A stretch of 64,000 nt of DNA from an uncultured Verrucomicrobiae bacterium (lineage in GTDB: Bacteria; Verrucomicrobiota; Verrucomicrobiia; Limisphaerales; UBA11358). The position numbers and the translations under genes are program-made. Shown here one piece after another: positions 1 through 9,294 of this stretch; positions within the stretch are counted from its first letter, which is position 1; the number at the start of each line of letters is the position of its first letter. The stretch is taken from the NCBI GenBank assembly GCA_963719075.1, contig CAVRAN010000001.1, forward strand, positions 128,324-192,323, written 5' to 3'. Under the pieces are notes generated by a model, which had not been told where the DNA came from, searched no databases, and saw only the letters and a program-made list of their open reading frames with translations.

Positions 1-631
1 TTCTGAAACGCGCACCATCTCCATCGGCCCGGTCTTCTATCCCGTTGCCGACCACATCAATCGGACAGCGGAAAGCCTTTTGGCGGAAGTAAGCTGCTTC
101 GTATTCTGTATGAACCAGCAAGCGGTTCGCTTTGGCAAAAAGACGCAAATCCAGCGGAGAGTCGCCAACATGATGCGGATGACAAGTCGGCTGAGCCACA
201 AAGGGAATTTGCCAGTATTTGGCAGCATCGGCGGCGGCAAAACCATTTAATGGCGCGGCTTCGCCGATATGATGAATAATATCCATTCCAGTGAAAGCAT
301 CGTGCGCCGATTTTCTGGCAACAGTCCGATATAAATTTACGCCCAATCCTGCGAGGCGTGGCCTAACGACGCATTTCCCAAGGAGCCAGAGCACGGGCAG
401 CCACGCTTTTGAGAATTTAAGCGGTTTGACTGGTACTTGGTTGATAACAAGGCTGGATTCAGGCTCATTGAAGAATAGATAATCCCTCCCTTGTAATCTA
501 TGCGTTGCCGCGCGCGTAACCACGACAACCTCATGTCCTCGCTTCAGAAGATTCCTGCATAGTAGTTCCGCATGAGCCTGCAATCCTCCGGCATTGGGCG
601 TAAAACTCCAGATGCTGATGCCGATCTTCAA
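1..631 (-). CDS. glycosyltransferase, GT4/group 1 family (partial, C-terminus runs off the left edge)
   Basis: Absent from the ORF track because it is open to the window edge. My minus-strand translation is uninterrupted: ..KIGISIWSFTPNAGGLQAHAELLCRNLLKRGHEVVVVTRAATH...ANRLLVHTEYEAAYFRQKAFRCPIDVVGNGIE.., a typical GT-B N-terminal half. There is no ATG; the start is TTG at 631 or GTG at 655. Confidence 0.6.
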   Translation of the reverse strand, partial: MKIGISIWSFTPNAGGLQAHAELLCRNLLKRGHEVVVVTRAATHRLQGRDYLFFNEPESSLVINQVPVKPLKFSKAWLPVLWLLGKCVVRPRLAGLGVNLYRTVARKSAHDAFTGMDIIHHIGEAAPLNGFAAADAAKYWQIPFVAQPTCHPHHVGDSPLDLRLFAKANRLLVHTEYEAAYFRQKAFRCPIDVVGNGIEDRADGDGARFR

Positions 632-687
632 CTTGCGAGTTCCAGCCGCAGCCACTGTAGACAAAATTTTGTCTGTTCGCGCCAAGT

Positions 688-1959
688 CTAAAATGGTTTT
701 TGCGGGCGTGCTGGTAGCAACGATTCATACAACTCGCGATAGGCGGTTGCGTTACGTTCAAAGGAAAACCGTTCTTTCACCCAAGCCTCGCAGGATTTCT
801 GCCAGCGGAATCTTAATGCCTGATCCTTCAACAGCCGCGTTATCGCCTGCCCCAGAGCATTGGAATCGCCGCGTCCGACCAGCAGTCCGTTCAACTCAGT
901 CTGGACAATGTCCGCAATGCCGCCGACGGAAAAACCCGCAACCACCGCGCCGCAGGCCACGGCTTCAAGGGCGGTCTGGCCGAAAGCCTCTTCCAATGAA
1001 GGAATCACAAACACATCGGCGGCGCGATAGATCAGGCTTTGCAACGGATCGCTTTCAATCCGTCCGAAATGCGTGTGCTTGAATTGAGACGGTGCCGAAA
1101 TTCGGCCGGAACCCATCGTCAATAGGTGGATCGGAGCATCGAATTTCAGTCCGGCTAGGGCTTCAGTCAGTTGGACGCCACCTTTGTGAAGGATGCTCAA
1201 GTCATGAGCGGCAAAACAGATCACCTTTTCATCCGGGCCGATGCCCAAAGCATCACGCGCAATCGCCCGGTTGGCCGGTTGATAAATGGCTTGATCCAAG
1301 CAGTAATGGATGAGTTCGGATCGCCTGCCTGCCGTCAGTCCGCTGCGCCGGGCATTTTCCAAGGTCCATCGGCTGTTGGCGACCAAGGCAAAATTCTTCT
1401 GCGACCGCATACCATAAGCCACCTGTCGCCGCCGGAAAATGTCCCGGGAATAATCATTTTCCCGGTTTGAATCCAGGAGCGGACAATGACCGCACGCATT
1501 CGTGAAACGTTCACAATCACCCGGATAATCACAGCCGCCGGTGACAGGACTCAAGTCGTGCAAAGTCAAAACCACCGGTTTGCCGGCAGGCAGCGATGCC
1601 AGCAATGACGGAAGGTCGGCAAAGTGTTCGGTCTTGTGTAGGTTGATGACGTCTGCGTCGGCTATTTCCGTCACGGCAAGCCGTAACAAATCCGCCCGCG
1701 GATCCGTCAGCCCGGTGACACCGTTGGCACGGGATTTTTTTTCGCAACGGTTGATCCAAGCGCGACGGAGCGTCCGGTCCACGCGTGACCACAAATCGCG
1801 GTTGCCGGCAAAAACCTGGACATGCGGATCATCCGTATGCTTATGCCTGACAAGCATTCGGGAATCAATGCCTACACTGCGCAAAGCCAGATGTTGCCGG
1901 TAGGCAGCACGGGCGGCGCCGCCAAAGTTGTCATAAGTGGCGAGGTGAAGAACTTTCAT
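688..1959 (-). CDS. glycosyltransferase, GT4/group 1 family
   Basis: 423-aa ORF. The N-terminus MKVLHLATYDNFGGAARAAYRQH and the C-terminal half ..VFVIPSLEEAFGQTALEAVACGAVV.. (E-x7-E-like region) are typical of retaining GT-B enzymes. It lies in the polysaccharide locus. Confidence 0.8.
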   Translation of the reverse strand: MKVLHLATYDNFGGAARAAYRQHLALRSVGIDSRMLVRHKHTDDPHVQVFAGNRDLWSRVDRTLRRAWINRCEKKSRANGVTGLTDPRADLLRLAVTEIADADVINLHKTEHFADLPSLLASLPAGKPVVLTLHDLSPVTGGCDYPGDCERFTNACGHCPLLDSNRENDYSRDIFRRRQVAYGMRSQKNFALVANSRWTLENARRSGLTAGRRSELIHYCLDQAIYQPANRAIARDALGIGPDEKVICFAAHDLSILHKGGVQLTEALAGLKFDAPIHLLTMGSGRISAPSQFKHTHFGRIESDPLQSLIYRAADVFVIPSLEEAFGQTALEAVACGAVVAGFSVGGIADIVQTELNGLLVGRGDSNALGQAITRLLKDQALRFRWQKSCEAWVKERFSFERNATAYRELYESLLPARPQKPF

Positions 1960-2029
1960 GACCGTAATTGGTATTCATTGCTTTGCCACGAATTGAGCCA
2001 ACAAAGCGACGAATCAAACTGGCGAAAGT

Positions 2030-3193
2030 TCATTGTTCCGCACGATCTATTGCATTCTTCAAAATCGTCCGCAGCTTCTGGCCGGCAACCGACCAGTTCA
2101 AACGGGATTCATATTCTGCCAATGAAGACAACGCAAGTTGACGATATCTTTTAGGTTCCATGTAATAACCGAGAATCCAGTCCGTCATGTCTTTGGGCGA
2201 GTCTTGAAAATCAAACAGGCGTCCGTTGACATCGTTTTTGATGATAGTGCCAACCCCTCCCACATTTCTTGCAATGGCGGGAACACCAAGAGCACTCGCT
2301 TCGCAATAAACCAATCCGTAGCATTCCGCCACAGAAGGAACTATTAAAAAATGAGCCTTGCCAAACTCATTGAATATTTCCTGCTGCCCATCGGATGTTT
2401 TTTTTATGAAGCCGCGCACGGATACATGATCGGCATCTTCATTTGAAATGACCGGGGTGCATCCAATTATAGTCAGGTGGGCTGGAATGCCCAGTTTTAC
2501 CAATGTCCGAACCACCTGCAAAGCGACCGGGCCGCCTTTCCGCTCCCATTCAACTCCAATAAACAGCAAACGAATTTTTTTATGACCACGTGAATCAATG
2601 GCACGAATCACATCCTCGCGTGCAGGCTGACGCTCAAAATTGGCACCAAATGGAACAACATGAACTTTTTCCGGGTTCGCGTTATAATCTCGGACGGCGC
2701 TTGTCGCCGCCCAATCAGAAGAGAACACTGAAGCAGATGCTCGTTTTATGGCGCTCCGTTGGATTTGATCGCCGTGCCGCCGGGTGGCTCCACATAAATT
2801 TTTAAATGTCGGATAAGCATCAAATAATACCCTGTGAGTGGCGTCCTCGATGGTCACCAACGGCAGTTTTCCGGGAAGAAAAGCCACTGGTATCGTTCCC
2901 GGGCTTACGACAGCTTCAATGTCGCTGAAATTTTGCAACCGCTTCCATGCTTCGCGAGAATAGGCTTTCGACGCGATAACATCATGTTCCGGCAGGTAAA
3001 AATTCCGCAATATTTTCGCGTAAAATCGTTGCTTCATCATCAGCACTTTCTTGGTGCCTGAAGGCAGAAAAAGCGGACCTATGAATTCAACATCAATTCC
3101 GCATTGCGCCAGTGAATGCCAGATGAAATATCCTGAGCCAGACCAGTTGCTGATATCTTTGGCATCGTAGGTGGTGACGTAGGCAATTTTTAT
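2030..3193 (-). CDS. glycosyltransferase, GT4/group 1 family (start extended beyond the ORF-track call)
   Basis: The track ORF 2030..3046 starts at a GTG. The same frame stays open upstream and encodes the missing GT4 N-terminus IKIAYVTTYDAKDISNWSGSGYFIWHSLAQCGIDVEFIGPL. The extension has no ATG/GTG/TTG; ATA at 3193 lies 7 nt after AGAGG. The C-terminal half has ..LIVPSVAECYGLVYCEASALGVPAI... Confidence 0.7.
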   Translation of the reverse strand: MKIAYVTTYDAKDISNWSGSGYFIWHSLAQCGIDVEFIGPLFLPSGTKKVLMMKQRFYAKILRNFYLPEHDVIASKAYSREAWKRLQNFSDIEAVVSPGTIPVAFLPGKLPLVTIEDATHRVLFDAYPTFKNLCGATRRHGDQIQRSAIKRASASVFSSDWAATSAVRDYNANPEKVHVVPFGANFERQPAREDVIRAIDSRGHKKIRLLFIGVEWERKGGPVALQVVRTLVKLGIPAHLTIIGCTPVISNEDADHVSVRGFIKKTSDGQQEIFNEFGKAHFLIVPSVAECYGLVYCEASALGVPAIARNVGGVGTIIKNDVNGRLFDFQDSPKDMTDWILGYYMEPKRYRQLALSSLAEYESRLNWSVAGQKLRTILKNAIDRAEQ

Positions 3194-3214
3194 ATGGTTA
3201 CCTCTGGTTAAGTA

Positions 3215-4447
3215 TTATCCGTGAGCAGTAATCTCTTTGTTTTTTGCTCTCATGCCAAAGCAACGGCTAACCATCCCCTTGACGCGAAACAGAGCCAGAA
3301 ACAAACGGCCTTCCATCGTCAACCCATGCGTTCCAGAGAAATGCAGAAAGCCAATCCTTTCCTTTCTCGCTTCCGGGCTGGCCTTGAAAAGATGCCGGTA
3401 GCGGATGAGATAAACCCGATATGCTTGTTTGAAAAACATCCGGTTTTCCCTGCTAAAGTCATATTCCCAAAAGGCGAACGTCCAGCCGATTTCCTTTTTC
3501 ATCACCTCCAAAATAAGCTGGCCATGGGCTTTGGCCAGAAGTTCCGCCGGGGTCAGTTTCGGCATGGCTTTTTCGAGCGCGTCCATATAAACCCCAAATG
3601 GGAGGCGGAAAAGAAACGGGGAATGTGGGGAACGCGCCATGCGATTTCCATCGCAGCCGCTATAAGTCAACGCGCGCGTCATGGCCCCGAAATCAAAGCA
3701 GCAGATTCCCAGCTCGCGTGACAGTTCAAAGCCGATGATTTTTGCGCCGCCGCCCAGCGAAATAAAAAGCGTGTCCAGTTGGTGATCGGTTACAAATTTA
3801 CGAAGATCCTCTTTCACCAGATCTAGGTTGGCATCAAGATTTCGTCCGTCGTTCCGGGCTTGATGAAAAAACATCTCCGACTTGTCCGGCCAATAGCTGG
3901 CTGCGGCTTGCTTGAATTCAGGCTTCTCGGAAAGAAGCTGGAGCAGGCCGGCCTCGGCTCCGGCAAAGCCAATCCGGCGACCCTGACAGTACCCCTTAAA
4001 CTCCTGCTCAACCCATGTCAGGAAAAGGACGGAGGTTTCTTTATTTGGATTGCGGTGAGTCCCCGGGTTCCTTTCCAGCTTTAATTTTTTGACCAGATGT
4101 TCGTTCGGCCAGTTGCGCTCATGGAAATCCACATAGTCGGCCTCTTCATAAACTTTCCACAAACGTTCGGCATATTTCGGTCCCAAGCCGGGATTGGCCC
4201 AACCTTGCGTGCCTGACAAAGGGCCGTCGGTGTATACCAAACAGTCCAATTGGTTAGTTTGACAGGCCAGAAGATAGCCAAGCTCCATGTCGCCGACACG
4301 CAGGAAGCAAAACGGACGCTGGACCTGCATCATTCTGGTAAGGCGCCGGGCCTCCACCAAGCGTTCAGCATGGCCATCACTTTTGCCACCGAACATATTC
4401 CCGGTCGGCGGCGGGCAGTCTTTGGTCAATTCCTGATAATAATTCAT
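3215..4447 (-). CDS. hypothetical protein of the polysaccharide locus (possibly a GT-D/DUF1792-like transferase)
   Basis: 410-aa ORF between two GT4 genes on the same strand. FLRVGDMELGYL near the N-terminus and FISLGGGAKIIGFELSRELGICCFDFG later resemble the two signature segments of GT-D enzymes. This is recollection only, not a search result. Confidence 0.55.
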   Translation of the reverse strand: MNYYQELTKDCPPPTGNMFGGKSDGHAERLVEARRLTRMMQVQRPFCFLRVGDMELGYLLACQTNQLDCLVYTDGPLSGTQGWANPGLGPKYAERLWKVYEEADYVDFHERNWPNEHLVKKLKLERNPGTHRNPNKETSVLFLTWVEQEFKGYCQGRRIGFAGAEAGLLQLLSEKPEFKQAAASYWPDKSEMFFHQARNDGRNLDANLDLVKEDLRKFVTDHQLDTLFISLGGGAKIIGFELSRELGICCFDFGAMTRALTYSGCDGNRMARSPHSPFLFRLPFGVYMDALEKAMPKLTPAELLAKAHGQLILEVMKKEIGWTFAFWEYDFSRENRMFFKQAYRVYLIRYRHLFKASPEARKERIGFLHFSGTHGLTMEGRLFLALFRVKGMVSRCFGMRAKNKEITAHG

Positions 4448-4736
4448 TTCGCAGCCTGACGGAAATTTATGTTTAATTCATTGATCACCGACGTCCTCCC
4501 AGCTTCGAAGGCATTCCTCATCGTCGCTTCATGGGCGTAAGACGAAATCGTTTGTAAAAGTTCACAACGGTATTTATCGGCAAAGCTGGAATGTTTTCGA
4601 TCCACGCGATTCTAATTATTCCTTCGGCGCGTCCAATACCCGGCGTAAATAATCTAGTCGTGCATTATATGTGCAGATGATAGCGGGAAGATTTATAAAG
4701 TTGAAGCGATGAAATCTTTTTGCCTTCCGGTTCATG

Positions 4737-5978
4737 CTAGTTGTCGCGCAAATTTTCTTTTGGCTTTAGTTCTGAAACGAGCTGCCGGTAGCAGGCATCC
4801 GGAGAAAAAACATTCATGGCCGACTCCCGTGCGCCAAGTTCGAGGGCAAGTCGCTTTTCCTCATTTTCGGATATTTCCAAAACGGCACGGGCAAATTCTT
4901 CCGCTGACTCCGCAATCACAAATGCCCGTCCCTCCAGCGACTCGACACCTTGCGCGCCCGCACGGGTCGTGATTATTGCTTTGCCATGCCCAATGGCTTC
5001 GACCAATTTGATTTTCAAACCGGTGCCTCCGAGAAGGGGAACTAGGACGATTTGAGCCTGTGCGTATTCCATGTCCAGGTCGGCAACAAATCCTTTTTTA
5101 ACAACCTTGATTCCGTTTCCGTTTCCAGCCAGTCCATCGCCTGCTGCCCCGGCAACATGAAGTTCGAAGCAATTGGGTTTTTTGCTTTCCAGCAGGGGAG
5201 CAACCTCATTCAGAAACCAGTTCACACCATCCACGTTGGCTACATAACTGCCGCCTACAAACAAAAGGCGGCCCGGTTCAGGAGGCTTGTTATTAAAGCG
5301 CGGTGAACACGACATCGGTGCCACGATGATTTTTTTCGTTTTCACCATCTCTTTGAAAACATCGCCATCCCGCTGCGTAATGGCGATTATAATATCGGCC
5401 AGATTCAGATAAGCTGTTTCCTTCTCGCAATTCAAGGCCTGCATGTGTAAATTGTCTGACTTGCGATATAAATGCTGATGCCACACATCATGCGTTAATA
5501 CGGCTTTTCGTATTTTCGGTTCAAAGCAAGTGAGTGCGTCTGCAAGCCAGCAATAATTGCAAATAACCACGTCCCATTTTTTTTGAAAACGGGCGGACTG
5601 CACCCAGACTCTCTCCTCTGGAGTCAATTCGGTGCCCCATGGCGGCTCTGCTAACGGTGGCGTTGGATTGATAAATTTGAACCAACGCGACAATCTGTTG
5701 CGGATGGAACAAAAAATACCTTTAAGATGCCAGAATCTACCCCCGATTTTGACGTATCCCGGATATACCATTCGAAATGGCGAATCAGGAAATTGGGTCT
5801 TAACCCATGGCAACCGCCCAGTGAATAAATAAGGCTCCAGCAAAAGAATATGCACCTCAAATCCATTTACCGCCAGATTGACTAAAACGTCATGGACATA
5901 AACTCCATTACCACCATGGCATGATGGAAAATCTCTGGTAATGAAAAGCAGCGCCCGCTTTGAATCTGACTGGCTCAA
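4737..5978 (-). CDS. glycosyltransferase, GT4/group 1 family
   Basis: 413-aa ORF with a TTG start. Motifs: ..LLFITRDFPSCHGGNGVYVHDVLVNLAVNGFEVHIL.. and ..VLVPLLGGTGLKIKLVEAIGHGKAIITT... Confidence 0.8.
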   Translation of the reverse strand: MSQSDSKRALLFITRDFPSCHGGNGVYVHDVLVNLAVNGFEVHILLLEPYLFTGRLPWVKTQFPDSPFRMVYPGYVKIGGRFWHLKGIFCSIRNRLSRWFKFINPTPPLAEPPWGTELTPEERVWVQSARFQKKWDVVICNYCWLADALTCFEPKIRKAVLTHDVWHQHLYRKSDNLHMQALNCEKETAYLNLADIIIAITQRDGDVFKEMVKTKKIIVAPMSCSPRFNNKPPEPGRLLFVGGSYVANVDGVNWFLNEVAPLLESKKPNCFELHVAGAAGDGLAGNGNGIKVVKKGFVADLDMEYAQAQIVLVPLLGGTGLKIKLVEAIGHGKAIITTRAGAQGVESLEGRAFVIAESAEEFARAVLEISENEEKRLALELGARESAMNVFSPDACYRQLVSELKPKENLRDN

Positions 5979-6077
5979 ATTGCGATTGAAACGATGACCT
6001 CAGTAAACTACAAGGATGACAAACTTGTTTTGAAAAAATTGAAAGTTGTAATCACACAATAAATCTAAAATTTATTT

Positions 6078-7352
6078 CTACTTTAAATTTTCTTTTTGCT
6101 TTGCATTATTATTAATTAACCAGTCAAACTTTGCGATGACATGACCGCGCTGAATGGCATCCTCACCTGCAGAATGTTCGTATGGGAGGAGTGACGAAAC
6201 TTCCAGATGACAGGCATTTTCCCACTGATCGACAATCATCGTTGAGCAAATAAACATATCCACCGTATATGTTCCCGGTTTTAGCCAGGGCAGTTCAAGT
6301 TTGAAGATGCCATCAATTTTTGCCGCATCTTCGAACCATACCCCCATAAGCCGTGAATCACATTGGGCTATGATCACGCCGTTCATATCCACAACATGTG
6401 CGGAAACGAAGAAGCGACCGACCCGGCCATGATGATGTTTAATATGGAATTCAATGGCCTTTATTTCCTCGCAGCCAAAAGAATTTTTTAATGTTAGGGC
6501 TGACTGGAAACGGTATTCTCCAGAACCAGGCCGACGTTCCGGAACACTGACAATCCTTTTGTCCTGGTCAAAGCTAGACAGATAGGTTTCAATGGTTTTT
6601 TTTGCTGATCCCGCCATAGCCAGTGTTCCCTTCTGTAGCAGAATTCCCTTATTGCATAATGTTGAAATGGCCGAAATATTGTGGCTGACAAACAACACTG
6701 TTCGCCCCTCTTTAGTTGCAACATCCTGCATCTTCCCCAAGCACTTTTTTTGAAATTGCGCATCTCCAACCGCCAGCACTTCGTCAACAATCAGAATCTC
6801 CGGTTCCAAATGCGCAGCCACGGCAAAAGCCAACCGCACATACATTCCACTACTATAACGTTTCACCGGCGTGTCTATGAACTTCTCAATCTCGGCAAAG
6901 GCAATGATTTCGTCAAGTTTCCTGCGAATCTCCACCTTGCTCATACCAAGGATGGCTCCATTGAGGAATATGTTTTCCCGTCCTGTCAAGTCTGAATGAA
7001 AACCGGTGCCCACCTCCAGTAGGCTGGCTACTCGGCCACGCATGATAATCTCGCCGACGGTCGGTTCGGTGATACGCGACAGGATTTTGAGCAGCGTACT
7101 TTTGCCGGCACCGTTCCGGCCGATGACACCCACGATCTCGCCGGGCTGCACCTCGAAGGACACTTCCCGCAAAGCCCAAAATTCAGAAGAGGAAGCGGGG
7201 TGGGAATTGGAAGTTGAGAGTTGAGAGGTCGAATCTTTACGGGTAAGACGGTGCCAGAAACGTTCCACGTCGTCCCGCAAACGGGTGGCTCCAATCGCGC
7301 CCAGTTGGTAACGCTTAGAAATGCCTTTGACTTCAATGATAGATTTTGACAT
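6078..7352 (-). CDS. wzt: polysaccharide/O-antigen ABC exporter ATP-binding protein with C-terminal extension
   Basis: Walker A GVIGRNGAGKSTLLK, signature YSSGMYVRLAFA, Walker B ILIVDEVLAVGD. About 170 extra C-terminal residues follow the NBD, as in Wzt proteins with a glycan-cap-binding domain. It lies next to an ABC-2 permease. Confidence 0.85.
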   Translation of the reverse strand: MSKSIIEVKGISKRYQLGAIGATRLRDDVERFWHRLTRKDSTSQLSTSNSHPASSSEFWALREVSFEVQPGEIVGVIGRNGAGKSTLLKILSRITEPTVGEIIMRGRVASLLEVGTGFHSDLTGRENIFLNGAILGMSKVEIRRKLDEIIAFAEIEKFIDTPVKRYSSGMYVRLAFAVAAHLEPEILIVDEVLAVGDAQFQKKCLGKMQDVATKEGRTVLFVSHNISAISTLCNKGILLQKGTLAMAGSAKKTIETYLSSFDQDKRIVSVPERRPGSGEYRFQSALTLKNSFGCEEIKAIEFHIKHHHGRVGRFFVSAHVVDMNGVIIAQCDSRLMGVWFEDAAKIDGIFKLELPWLKPGTYTVDMFICSTMIVDQWENACHLEVSSLLPYEHSAGEDAIQRGHVIAKFDWLINNNAKQKENLK

Positions 7353-7416
7353 GGGGAAAAAAGAAATACGGGAAGCAGAAATTTATTCCAATTTTCTTAA
7401 TTTCTGTTTTGATTTT

Positions 7417-8262
7417 TCACGCAATGTCCACATAGGTGCGGGCGGTGCGGTTGAAATTCCACAGGCCGCTTAATAGGACAACCGCCGTCATGCCCGCCGA
7501 CCAGAGACCGGTTCCCCAAGACAAGGTGCCATGACCGAGTAGGCAGTAACGTGCGGCTTCGGTGGCAAAAATGACGGGGTTAATGGAGAACAGTGTCCGA
7601 TGTTCCGGCGAAATCTGCGAGAGCGGGAAAATGACGCAGGAGCCATACATCCAGAGCTGGATTATGACGATCGTCAACTGTTGCAGATCGCGATATTTGG
7701 CGGTCAGCGCGGCCATCCACAGACCGAAGCCCATGCTCATGGCCCCGAGGTAAAGGATGACGAATGGCAGACAGAACAGGGCCAGCGAAGGATGCAATTG
7801 GACACCATCAGAGGTGTAGAACTTGTAATAAACGTAAAACCCGGCGAACAGCCCAAGCTGAATACCCAGTGTGATGAGGTTGGAGACGAGGGCTGAAAGA
7901 GGAACAATCAGTCGGGGGAAATAGACCTTGCTGAATATGTTCATGTTGGTCATCAGCGCGGTTCCAATGGAAGTAAAATTAGTTGAGAAGCAACCCCAGA
8001 TAATCTGGTTGCAGAGCATGAAAAGGAAGATGGGCAGCCCGTCAGTGGACATATGCGCCACCCTGCCAAAGATGAGGGTGAAAACGAGCGCGGGCAGCAA
8101 AGGCTGGAGCAGAAACCAGATGGGACCGAGGATGGTCTGCTTATACTTGACGGCAAAGTCGCGCCAGACCAGCATAAAAAGTAGGTCTCTATAGCGCCAG
8201 AGTTCGCCGAAATCAACCAGAGCGATGGCCTTGTTGGGCCGGATACGGAGCTCAATTTCCAT
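7417..8262 (-). CDS. wzm: ABC-2 type polysaccharide exporter permease
   Basis: 281-aa polytopic membrane protein. The N-terminus ..LWRYRDLLFMLVWRDFAVKYKQTILGPIWFLLQPL.. is the characteristic ABC-2/Wzm signature. It is immediately upstream of wzt. Confidence 0.85.
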   Translation of the reverse strand: MEIELRIRPNKAIALVDFGELWRYRDLLFMLVWRDFAVKYKQTILGPIWFLLQPLLPALVFTLIFGRVAHMSTDGLPIFLFMLCNQIIWGCFSTNFTSIGTALMTNMNIFSKVYFPRLIVPLSALVSNLITLGIQLGLFAGFYVYYKFYTSDGVQLHPSLALFCLPFVILYLGAMSMGFGLWMAALTAKYRDLQQLTIVIIQLWMYGSCVIFPLSQISPEHRTLFSINPVIFATEAARYCLLGHGTLSWGTGLWSAGMTAVVLLSGLWNFNRTARTYVDIA

Positions 8263-8383
8263 GAAAGTAAAAAAGCTGAAAGTTGAAGTATGTAAGCTGA
8301 AAATCGAAATTTATTTCAGTTTTCTCTTTTCAAGCATGCCTCGTGGATTTCCATCAAGGTAGTCTTCAAATCTTTGCTTTAAT

Positions 8384-9064
8384 CTAATATACAAACCAAT
8401 AATAAATGGATTTGATAATTTCGTTTTGGAACTGGATGAGGCCTTCCTCGTTTCGCCACCAATCATTTATTTTATAGCGAACTGGATCCACGGCGACAAC
8501 GTAAATTTTTACCGGCGTATCACGGAGTTCCCGGCGAAAAATCCATCGGGCGCGGCGGGTGTGAAACAGTTCGGTAGTGAGTATGATTGAGGTGGCACCG
8601 GTTTGTTTTATCCACGCCCGAACGGCGCGGGATTCATCATAAGTGCTGGCCACATTGCTTCCGATCACTTGCATGGCGGATTCGGGGACGTTATTTCTCA
8701 GCAGAATCCGCCGCGTCAGTTCCTCTTCCGATGGCACCACGCCCAACTCTTCGGCGGGACCAAGCTTTACGTCCATGTAAAGAACCTTGGGTGCAACGTC
8801 GTCATGGAACAATCTGGCGGCGACAAACGGGCGGTTTTCGACACCACCACCCAAAATCACAATGGCATCCGCTTTGGTCACCCGTTCGTTGACCACCCAC
8901 GCTTTGGCCAGACCTGTGAGCAGCGGCGCACGGAAAACATAGCCGATCAGAATAAACCCGCCGACGGCAGCCAATAGCCACGCTATGCGAAGTAACCAAC
9001 GGCATGGTTTACCGGGAACCTTGACTGATGGCTGGTAGACGGAAGACACGAAATCAGATGTCAA
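8384..9064 (-). CDS. DUF218 (YdcF/ElyC/SanA-like) membrane-anchored protein
   Basis: An N-terminal TM helix followed by ..DAIVILGGGVENRPFVAARLFHDD.. and ..SIILTTELFHTRRARWIF.., typical of DUF218. Confidence 0.65.
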   Translation of the reverse strand: MTSDFVSSVYQPSVKVPGKPCRWLLRIAWLLAAVGGFILIGYVFRAPLLTGLAKAWVVNERVTKADAIVILGGGVENRPFVAARLFHDDVAPKVLYMDVKLGPAEELGVVPSEEELTRRILLRNNVPESAMQVIGSNVASTYDESRAVRAWIKQTGATSIILTTELFHTRRARWIFRRELRDTPVKIYVVAVDPVRYKINDWWRNEEGLIQFQNEIIKSIYYWFVY

Positions 9065-9294
9065 GGATCGGAAATTCGCAATTGGTGCAAGTGCATAATG
9101 ACCAGCGACACTTCGTGCCGGTCAATTCGCAGATGCTTTTTCGCACCTGCAATCTACGTGTCTGATGATCGCCATTTTCATTGTCTTTCCTAAGGAAAAC
9201 CCAAAAAAGTCTCCCCGCTGCGGGTGGCAGCCATTTCCTTCAATTTCCCATTTCATTACCCACGCGTAGGTGGGCGGGCTTATAAAGCATGCAT

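Noticed and set aside
9200-9240. Terminator after the Wzc-like gene (CCCGCAGCGGG followed by a T-run on the minus strand)
   Set aside because: Only about 4 bp can pair around a 3-nt loop. That is too weak to call, although the T-tract and the 230-bp gap leave open that the operon is interrupted here.
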